Shown here: positions 1 through 11,057 of the stretch, piece after piece | Layout: each line of letters opens with the position of its first letter | How positions within the stretch are numbered: the stretch's first letter is position 1 | NCBI RefSeq assembly: GCF_025526975.1 | Contig: NW_026515671.1 | Span: forward strand, 620,001 to 684,000 | Length of the DNA: 64,000 bases | Direction of reading: 5' to 3' | Origin: Fimicolochytrium jonesii | Lineage: Eukaryota | The notes under the pieces: model-generated | Databases searched by the model: none | Seen by the model: the letters and a program-made list of their open reading frames with translations, nothing else | What the model was told of the DNA's origin: nothing | Translations under genes and position numbers: made by a program

Positions 1-890
1 TTCATTTCATCACCGGATGCCTCATTGCTCTGTTCTCAATTTTGGCTTGGAATTTCCCATCTGCTCGCTTGTTGTGATTCGAACATCTCTCTGCAATTGC
101 TGTTCTTCCGTGCTTTCTGAGCGAGCTTTCTCGGTTATTGCTCCCTATTTCTTCGTGAATGATAATCCTGCTATCCAGTATACGACCGGTACATAAATCC
201 TGTTCCAGTACACCATCTCATCGGATATCACTATGATCGCAAGCCGCTGTTCGACCAGCCAGGAATCATGCATTTATCGTGCGTACATAGACATAGGGCC
301 GAGATCAGTCAGGGATGATTGAAGGTCGAGATGTGTTCTTTACATATGGTCGCGCCTCCTGTCGATTCTCGGGCGTCTCCGGCGCACATGCAAACGGTTG
401 TGTTTTCGGCCAAACTCTTAGGAGAAATCGTCCATCCATCTTGGCCTTGCAATCCTACAACGCTCGCTCAGTATATATCATAGACAACGTAGAGATAGCA
501 GGGACATTGTCGTCAGCAGTTGATAGCTTTCACCCCCGCCAGGCCTACAACCCCGACAAGAGCGAGAACTGAGGCGGCCGTGGGACATTCTTCGTGTTTT
601 TTTTTTTTTTTGGGAGAGCATTGTTTTGGCGATAGGACAGACTACAGGATTTCTTGAGGCCACGGCAGCTTCATGAGCTTACACTCGTCGAATTCGTCAA
701 TATGGGCTACTTCAACTGGACTTGTGTCCCGAAAATACATTGTGAAGGCACGCATGTCGGAGCGGTAAGTAACTATTACTTCAGACTATTGGCCCCACGG
801 AAGAGAGAAAGCTTATCGTTATCCTTCAGAAGCAAAATATAGATGGAGGTGCATTAGGGAGCTCGTTGACATCGATAGGGAATACAAAGT
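1..890 (+). pseudogene. Decayed ABCB/MDR-type ABC transporter relic (end of membrane domain plus fragments of a nucleotide-binding domain)
   Basis: Collinear fragments in shifting frames: RAFSVIAPYF (~122-152), DRKPLFD (235-255), GMIEGRDVFFTY (312-347), QTVVF (391), KSSI (425), IIDNVEI (~476-496), LIVILQK (812-832), ELVDIDREYK (859-888). This is the order of an ABCB C-terminal half. There are stops and frameshifts, and no intact Walker A, LSGGQ or Walker B. Confidence 0.5.
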
Positions 891-1039
891 TGGGGGAAAA
901 CAAGACGGGGAATTCCAAAATACCGGACGCACCACAGCGGAATCCAGGGCCACTCGTAAGTGCACCGCAGACCGTTACTTACTCGGGAGGGATGGAGCGT
1001 TGCAACTGACGCAAGTCCACCGAACCCCCTATCACCTAG

Positions 1040-2948
1040 TCCCCCGAAGACGCACAAACCCGCCGAGCACGGATACGGAAGCTGTTCGAAACCCTTGACG
1101 ACGCGAAACGCGGATACCTCGACCACGACAACATCGTGCGGCGGCTAGACGAGATGGCGCAGGCGAGCGATGCACAGCACCCAGATTTAGAGAACTGCCG
1201 GAGAGCAAAGCTGCGAGGAAGGCGACGCCCGCCATCGCGTACGCAGAAGGAGGCGGGTGCTGATGGGGAAAAGGCGGACGAAAAGGCGGACGGACCGGTG
1301 GGGTCGACGTTGATGTATGCGAGGGAATTGGTGAAGGAGTGCGATAAAACCAAGGATGGACGTATAACTTTTGCGGAGTTCGAGGGGTTTGTACATACGA
1401 AGGAACGGGAATTGGAGGAGGTGTTCCGCAAGGTCGGTTCAGGTGTTTCGCGGCAACCTTCTGCAATACGTTGAACACAGTTTGATGCTGACGCTGCGCT
1501 TGGCAAAATAGGTGGACACGACCGGCGATAACACAATTCAGTACGACGAACTAGGGCACTTCATCAAAGCATCTGGCATCCATGTCACAGACGAAGAACT
1601 CCGCAATCTTATGACACGCTTCGATCGAGACCGCGACGGGAGTATCACGTTCAGTGAATGGCGGGATTTCCTGCTCTTGCTGCCCCATGCCGTTACGGGG
1701 CAGAATGTTTTCAACTACCTGAACAGCGTGTATAATCTGGACGTCAACTCGGACTCGATGCCGTTTCCTGATGATGTGCGGAATGCGGACTCCGTGGTTA
1801 GCCAGAGAGTCAGATACTTTTTATGTGGTGGGCTGAGTGGGGCAGTGAGCCGGAGTGTTACGGCGCCATTGGACCGATTAAAGGTTAGAACGCTGGGAAA
1901 TGTCACTTCGTCATCTATAACTGTGGGAACTGATACGGGTTTACGTCGCAGGTCCTTCTAGTCACACAAACCCCAACATCACCATCCGCCTCCGCATCAT
2001 CTGCCAAATCAAAAACTTCTGCCCTCCTCACCGGCATCAAGCAAATCTACGCCCAGGGCGGCATCCTCTCCTTCTACCGCGGCAACGGCATCAACGTGCT
2101 CAAAATCGCCCCGGAATCCGGCATGAAATTCTTCACCTTCGAAACCATGAAACAAGCCGTCGCAAAAGTTGAGGGCGCCAACCACATCGACTACATCAGC
2201 GTGCCAGGGCGATTCGTAGCAGGTGGCGTAGCTGGGCTGATTAGCCAGTTTACTATATATCCGCTGGAAACGCTCAAGACGCGGGTTATGACGCAGATTG
2301 CAGAGGCAAAGGCGTCGGATCCGCAATCAAATACGCAACATCATTCAACTCCACATTCAAGTCCACATCACCTCCCATCCACCACAACCACCCCCGCCCA
2401 CCCCCGCCTCCTCACCACCATCCTCCAAATGTACCGTGAAAATGGCATCCGCACCTTCTACCGCGGCTGCATCCCCTCCCTGATCGGAATCGTGCCCTAC
2501 GCGGGCATCGACCTCGCCACCTACGAGACGCTGCGCAGCGGGTATGAGAAGCGGTTGAGGGCAAAGACAGGCGATCCAACGGCGAAGGCTAGTAGTGTGC
2601 GCCTGTTAGGGTTTGGCGCCGTTAGTGCGGCGACGGGAGCGGTGGTTATGTATCCGTTGAGTGTTATTCGAACTAGGTAGGTTGCGATCACTTCTGTCAT
2701 CTCTCTCAACCTCGCCCTTTTAGCCCGTCTCGCGCACAACCCTTATGTTCTCCTCAATCAGACTGCAAGCACAAGGAACCCCCTCCCACCCGCAACGCTA
2801 CACCAACTCCTTCGACGTGATCCGCAAAACATACGCGCGCGAAGGCGTCTTTGGATTCTACCGCGGCCTCGCCCCAACGTTGATGAAGGTCCTGCCCGCT
2901 GTCTCGATTAGTTATGTGGTTTATGAGAAGACTAAGAGTGCGATTTGA
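1040..2948 (+). CDS. SAL1: Calcium-binding mitochondrial carrier (SCaMC/ATP-Mg:Pi), multi-exon; 5' end unresolved
   Basis: EF-hands ([55 protein letters not shown]) are followed by three carrier repeats with PX[DE]XX[KR]-type signatures (APLDRLK, YPLETLK, degenerate YPLSVIR). GT-AG introns at ~1433-1511, ~1884-1951 and ~2677-2761; TGA at 2946-2948. Confidence 0.93.
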
Positions 2949-3613
2949 TGAGGAGGTCGGAATGGTGGGACTGGGGTTGTGAGACATGGGTTAGGATTGG
3001 GCTTCCTTTTTTTTTTTTGGCATAGAGCACCATATTTGGAGATGGGTGGATGGTGCCTGGAGCCATCCAGTCACCACCGAACACCAACACAAGTAGTTAC
3101 TAGCTCGAAGGATCTGTAGATATGATATTTCATTTGAGACGGTATACGGTTTTAGACAGGGTAGATGAAAATCTGATCGGTTCGAAACAGAGACCAATGC
3201 GGATTGTGAGGCATGAACAATTCGAAGATGCGTCGTATCCCAATCAGGAAGGGAGTAGAAACTCGCCCATGAGGGTTTTGTTTACGCCGGGCAGCAAGAC
3301 GTCAAGGATGATTGCCCATATTACAGTCTAAAGTAAACGTATAGTTGTGTAATGTAAGATTCAATCACACGATGAGACTTTGGAATGCGCATGGGATGTG
3401 TACGTAAGTGAACCGAGTCTGGCAGGGAATCGTTAATGATTTCTGCAACGCACATCCATCAGAGCGTGAGACCCATGCCAAAAAACCACGGCCACGGGTT
3501 GCAACCACAGCCAAAAAACCGACACAGCGCACGTGGCGACAAGAGCAGTGATTTCCAGAGACTCTCCCTCGCTTACGCCGTTCCTCTAGACCTAAACCGT
3601 CGCCCCTTTCAAC

Positions 3614-5081
<1,468 letters not shown>

Positions 5082-5957
5082 GTTGGACGACAAGATGCGC
5101 TGGCGCTATGGTGTGGCGACGTCGGAACTAGCCAACTGCTGATTGGAAAGCGGTGAGACCAGGAGCAGTACTACACTTATGCAACTTTTAGGCCGTGCTC
5201 GCGGACGCTTACACTACTACTGCTAGCGAAGGAAGCAGTGGCAAGGAGACCACTGTATGCTATGGGGTGCAGGGGTGCTGATGGGCGGACTCGGTCCAAT
5301 GACGACCCGGAGGAGCGGAAAAACGAGCGTCCGATTGACAGAATGCAACAACTTCAACTTCAGAGAGGCCGTCAGTCCATGGCGGCCATCACGTGACGGA
5401 TCGGCGATCGCCATCGGCCGATGCGGCGGAGGGTTAGGGTTAGCAACGAGCGACGACAAACTGGGATCGTTCTGGCAACTGCTTTCCGGCTTTTGGGATT
5501 GACTTGGCTACCAGCAAGTGCTGCCTTTTTTCTTCCTCTATATCAAGGCAAGTCCGGACAGATGGCACTGTTTCGCAGAAACAGCCGGTCGTCAGCAGCA
5601 GCTTTCCGAGCTGGCACCCATCCCAACCCATTCCATGCCATCCATCCACTCCTCACACCCACCTCACCCACCACCGCCGGTTGCTCGCGGTGTTAAGGCA
5701 ACGATATGCGGATGAGGGGCGGCGTGGGAGAAGGACAATTGAAGAGACGATTGAAGATATTGTTCCGGCGAGTGAACTGTCAATGAGTCACGCTGTCAAA
5801 AACGCATGAGCGTTCAGACTCCACACAGGACCACAGCGCTTCATCCCAGTTTGCGGTCCTTTCTACAGCAATTGCATGCAGTGGTATTCGACCGAAACCG
5901 CTTCGACCTGCCTCTGAGACAAACCCCCTTTAGCGCTGAAGTCTTTCCGAGAACGAA

Positions 5958-7340
5958 ATGCCGTTCTCGTACGACGGTCGGGAAACGCCGCAGGGTGACG
6001 AATCAGGCAACTTCTGGAAGAAAATGCTCAGTTTAAAACGCTCGAAATCAACGTCCCATAAGTTCGCCGTCTCACAGAAGAACGAACGTGCTCAGAGCTA
6101 TGCTGGCTATGATGCCCCATTGTTTCCGCCACCGGGGACGTCCGAATCTCTCCCTCGCTCGCCAAGCACTGGCACATCCCGGCGGTCCCTTCTCCGGAGG
6201 AGTCGTTCTTCTAGTGCGACGGCCAAGCCTACGCCCCTTGCTGGGCTGTCTTCCCGCCAGCTGGCTGATCTTGCAGTATCTGTCGTTCGACAACTAGACA
6301 GTTCTCCCGGTATGCAGCAAGCAGAGGTGCCGGCCGCCCGTGCTCTCGCAGGACCGCACCTGCAAACCACTAGCGACGCACTTCTGATTCGCCTGGGAGC
6401 TATGGGCCCTGCGCAATTCGCTCGTCTGACACTTGACGTGGAAAGGGAATGCGAGCGTCGTTTTCCGGATCTGGCTGTTTCTGTTCAGTCGGTCGCTTGC
6501 AGACATAAATCCGGGGGCAACTTTTCTTTGTCCGTTTCTCCGGGACAAAAGAGTTATTCGGCCGAGTTCGGAAGAGAACACGTCAGGAAGGCGAGCACGA
6601 GCACGATAGCGAATGATTCGCCGGATTTCCAGGCTGCAACTACGTTCCCCACGCCGCTTTCCACGCCTCCGCGAAATAAGGCCAAAGCGGTCCATCCACC
6701 GATTGTTTCAATCCCCAGCGATTCGCCGGGCGCAATGATAGCTGAGGACCGACCAGAGGAGGAGGATGAGAATGATCATGAAAACCGGCCCACGATTGAT
6801 CATCAGCCTGACTCGGAACCTTGGGAGTTTGTGGAAGTCCAGGAAGACCCCGTGACATCGGCTGCCGACAACGGTACTCATCTTTCCTCGGAAGAGAGCA
6901 TTCACTGTGAAGAGATTGTTCCAACCACCCCTTCCCTTACGAATACGGCCTTTGAGAAAGCCGTCCTTGATGAAACGATACCAGACAAGGCAGATTCGGC
7001 AGAATTAGCAGAATCAGTCCCATCCTATACCCATCAACACTTCATCGCTGGCCTCAGAACGCTTACGAATCCGCAACTCTTGACCGCTATTCGCGACGTG
7101 CGAAATGTCATGAGACTGGCGACCATCGGCGGAGACGAGTCCCTACAGGTCCTATCCTCGTCGCAGCCGGATCTCCTCGCAAACTCCATCACCCGTTGTC
7201 AGGAGCTTCTGCTACAGCTGCCCGCGGAACGCGTCCAAATGGTGTGGCTCGGTGTGTCCGCAGAAGCGAGCCGAAGAAATCTGGACATTTCCAGCCCCTC
7301 CTCGTTGGGCGTTGAGGACGGCACCATCGCGAGCGATTAG
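5958..7340 (+). CDS. Hypothetical 460-aa protein with degenerate Spa2/GIT homology (SHD)-like repeats
   Basis: Single-exon ORF from ATG to TAG. LLIRLGAMGPAQFARLTLDVERECERRFP resembles the second SHD repeat consensus (ARQKLSTL..PRFRDLATDVFCELERRFP). The linkers are low-complexity S/P/E-rich. Confidence 0.7.
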   Translation: MPFSYDGRETPQGDESGNFWKKMLSLKRSKSTSHKFAVSQKNERAQSYAGYDAPLFPPPGTSESLPRSPSTGTSRRSLLRRSRSSSATAKPTPLAGLSSRQLADLAVSVVRQLDSSPGMQQAEVPAARALAGPHLQTTSDALLIRLGAMGPAQFARLTLDVERECERRFPDLAVSVQSVACRHKSGGNFSLSVSPGQKSYSAEFGREHVRKASTSTIANDSPDFQAATTFPTPLSTPPRNKAKAVHPPIVSIPSDSPGAMIAEDRPEEEDENDHENRPTIDHQPDSEPWEFVEVQEDPVTSAADNGTHLSSEESIHCEEIVPTTPSLTNTAFEKAVLDETIPDKADSAELAESVPSYTHQHFIAGLRTLTNPQLLTAIRDVRNVMRLATIGGDESLQVLSSSQPDLLANSITRCQELLLQLPAERVQMVWLGVSAEASRRNLDISSPSSLGVEDGTIASD

Positions 7341-7815
7341 CAGCAGATTTGCTCGATTTTTGTACGGCGTATATTGCGCAAATTTTGATACCCATTGTAA
7401 TAGCATTTAGACCCATTTAATCACCCAAGCTATCGCTAGCGGGCGCCTGTATATGATACAAATGTGGGCATATGTAAATATGAGAGTTTTTTTTTCTGAT
7501 GGAAGCATTTTTGTCTCACATCAGTCGAATGCTCTCAGATTCAAGCATTTTTTCGCATCGATCAACTCCGTCGTACCCCGCATAGAATGTAGCCTCTCAA
7601 GCGCTTCATCGGCGAATTACAGCGACCGCACGGGCTCGAAGAGAAGCAACCCTCACGCAAAGGAAGACTGGATCCTAATTTAAAAGTGATCGATATTGAA
7701 CATAACTCGTCGAGAATGCACCGTCCAAACTGATCGTCGAGACTGCGAGAAGGAGAGCTAAGCTACGGATGATTGATAATCTATATGAGATCTATATCGA
7801 GCTGCCTGATGGTTT

Positions 7816-9938
7816 CTAAAGCTTGGCCTTGGGGACAGCAGGAGGAATCGCGCTTTCAAAGACCACGCGCATCTCTCTGAGAGCCTCGCCAATGTGATGC
7901 ACCATGTGATCAGCTCGCAGCTCTTTGCGGCAGGTGAATGTGAAGCGCATCGAGTCGTTCATGATGGAGTATCTAGAGAGTGTGAGTGGTTAGATACAGA
8001 GTTCGAGAAGCGAGCGTAACAAAGACGAGGATACTTACGGAACACCGTAACCGTTGGGGATAACCTCGCCCCAACCATAGCCGTCGTAGTACTCCGAGGA
8101 GATTTGCGAAGTGGACAAGAACCAAGTTTTCGAGTAGTCGAACGCGGGATCCTTGAAGATCGCTGGCACGGGCTCGTCAGGGCGTAAGCTGAGCTTGAGC
8201 CCCAATAGCAGGCGATCAACACCCTTGTTCTCAACAGCGTCGTTCATGTAGCGGGTGTGGGCGTTCAAAGCAGCTTGAGCGAGCTCGTATTTGCGGGCGG
8301 CCGGAACCGAGGGATCCTGCATAGCTTTGACCCAAGCAACGCTCTCGGTGCTCGTAGAACGACATGTCTCCGTTCGTCCGAAGGCAAACTTGCGCGTTTG
8401 GGCGCTCTCATAGGTAGGGCGGCAGACTCCGTACTTCTTGTAGTATGCCAGTTGAATAGCCATCTGGGCATAGGCGTCCGGCGAGACCTTGAACTTTTTG
8501 ATCAAGTTCTTTCCGTAATCGTGAAAGGCTTGCACGCGGAGATCGTGCTGGCCGATGAGCGTGTCAAAGTGTGCGGATGCGATTTCGATGCGGGATTGAA
8601 TAGAGGGAGTCACTTCGAAAGGCAAAGGGCGAGGTGCGGGCAGGTTGCTTGCCACCGACGTGGAGCCGTGTGCGATCTTGTCCTTGGCCAATCCAGTGCA
8701 GATGAAGTCACAAAGCATGCTGGTCGGGGTTGCGTCCATCATAGAGTGTTCTCCCAGGAATCCCGCTTTGCCGTTGTCAAAAATGATGAACTGCAATGGT
8801 TTGTCGAAGAATCGGTTGCGGCCATCTCCATGCCAGCAGGCACGACTGGCCTCTTCGCGCGTCACAGGGGCCGAATCATCGAGACAGAGAACAAGGTCGG
8901 CAGACTGGATCGCTTCCAACGACGCTCTGCTGACGGGAGATTGCAGAAGCTCCTCCCGTGCCTTTGTCCACACGTCGCGGTTCTCGGAAGTCAAAATACC
9001 GACAGCCGGGCCAACGGTTTCACCGGCGTCTTGATACACAGCACGAATCTGGTGCTCAATTTCCGCGGTGGAAAGTTGACGACCGTCGGACAAACGGGTC
9101 TCAATGGAGTAGAACTTGTTTTTGCGAATGACGACCACGTGCGACGTTTTGCGAGGATCCGCCACGAAAGTCGTGTCGGACGGTATTGTGGGCACACGGC
9201 AGGCATTAAAGAGCCATTGGAACTGATCCATGGAGAGAGCACCGCCCTTGGCGGTTTCAGGTTGCAGTTCCTCCTCCACTACCAATCGCTTGAATTCGAG
9301 AGCTCCAGTCACAATCGAAGCCGCACGAGATGCTGGTTCCCTCCATTGCTTCCTCAACTCGTCCTTGAACACGAAATAGTACGAGACGTTGATAACCACG
9401 GGATCCCTGTATGCCATGTACGCCCAGTCATTCCACCATTCGTAAAGCCAGCTAGTTTTCTCCGTGGCTGCGCGTTCCTGAAGACGTTTGTGAAGCTTTT
9501 CACCCTCGCCTCCCGGTTTGATAAAGTCCTTTACAACAGCCTCAGAATGAGCATATTGCTGTTCATTCAACAGAGGCTTCAAGCTTTTCAGGTATTTCGC
9601 GGCTGTCTCCTGCAACGGAGCGACCGGAAGTTTGGGAAGTGATTGCTGTTGAGCAAACAGCGGCTTGTTAGGGCCGGATGGAGTGAGCGAGTGCATTTTG
9701 TGTGCTGTTGAGGCTGAGAATGTGAGCACCGGACCGGTATGAAACGAACTCTGCGAGGGGGAGCTGGATGAGTAAGACGACAAAGCGTGGGTTCCCAAGC
9801 AATGCCCAGATGCTTTACCTGATGGCGCGGGACGACGGATGCGAGATGAGAGCCGAAAGTGGCGATACGGGTGACAGGTTTGAGGGTCAGCGGTCTAGAA
9901 AGAGCAGAGGCAGCCAGAGCACGGTGCGCGAAGAGCAT
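7816..9938 (-). CDS. CAT2: Carnitine O-acetyltransferase with mitochondrial presequence and PTS1 (-AKL)
   Basis: SLPKLPVAPL, WLYEWWNDWAY, NRFFDKPLQF, catalytic GEHSMMDATP, TYESAQTRKFAFGRTE, GVDRLLLGL, LSTSQ. Introns at 9818-9751 and ~8038-7973. The last exon ends PAVPKAKL-TAG. Confidence 0.95.
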
Positions 9939-11057
9939 GCTGCGATGAGGAAAGCAGCGTTCGATGGGTTCCCAGACGACGACGACGACAAAAAACACAA
10001 GAGCAGCAGCACAGCAGGCTGAGAGGGGGAACGGGTTTTTCTGTGGTTGTTTTGGAGCTCCGACGGCGTTGGATCCCTTGGTGGAGCTGTGGGGTGACAG
10101 TGACTTGGTGAGTGAGTGATGCTCGTGCTGCTGTTGTGGCCGTTCGGGACTCGCGCTCTGACTGTGCGAATTTACTAATGTCTTGCTTGTTTGGAGGCGT
10201 TCCTTCGTAATGCACTTTGTTTAGGATTAACCGTGAACTGGCATGTGCTGGGCCGAGTCCTGACTCCGCTCCGGAACCACAATTTACGCGTCTTCCCCGT
10301 CCGCCCAAACCACATCACACTCCGCTCAAAAGTCACGCAAATCTGGGCCAGTGTGCGTGACCATGGCCTCTGCGAAGAGTGTCCTGGAGGTGAGTTTTCG
10401 TTGTTTCCGGAAACATGATGAATGTGATGAGCGTCTGGGGCGACCATACCATGCAGGTGGCAGTTATGCCAGGGCTTTAACAGCGACGCTAGCGAAGCTG
10501 GGTGACGGGATGCACCGACCGCTCGCCAGCGGTAAACCCCGATGGACACCGGGAGAAATGAGACCAGCATTCCATCTGTTTGGTCTCCTGTGGTGTATAT
10601 ATCTAGAGTGGTGGCCATGTAGGAAGTCCATCTTCATGAATGCAAGGGTGGTCTCCCGTAGAACGCTGACATCCTGCTTGGGACGTCCCGTTTGGGGGTG
10701 CAGGTATCGCCGAACTATGCGCTTGTATTGTCATGCGTCCTCATGGTCGCCACGAACCGGAGGACACAACACACACCGATCCCTCAGTTGTTCATATCTA
10801 ACTTACCTACGATGGGATCAACAAAGCGGTATTTCATACACGCAGACCTGGGGCGAATTGCAACTTGGGCAAGCGACATGGTGACGGACGCGTCGTGAGA
10901 ACTCGAGCCCTGGTTTTTTGGAGTTTTCCCACCGCTACCACCCACCAGACTACAGTAAATAGAGGGATCGTCTCTTGCGTAAAGACGACATAGCTCTGTC
11001 TTTCCTTGGGGATAACCGGAGGCCAAGGGCCTTGGAAAACCCGATGTTCAGTTCGGC

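Noticed and set aside
5160..5200. Minus-strand CGGCCT...AAGTGTAGTACTG resembling the U2 snRNA branch-pairing region
   Set aside because: Only about 10 nt match, with no stem I/II structure or Sm site evident. It lies in the HEM15 promoter or UTR.
8257..9642. 461-aa antisense ORF over the carnitine acetyltransferase
   Set aside because: It is a shadow of the sense gene's codon bias, starts at GTG and has no recognisable motifs.
10351..10900. Short ORFs and splice-like signals between CAT2 and SLX4 (checked for a partner SLX1)
   Set aside because: No GIY-YIG or other recognisable motif, and the plausible spliced product ends after about 16 codons.
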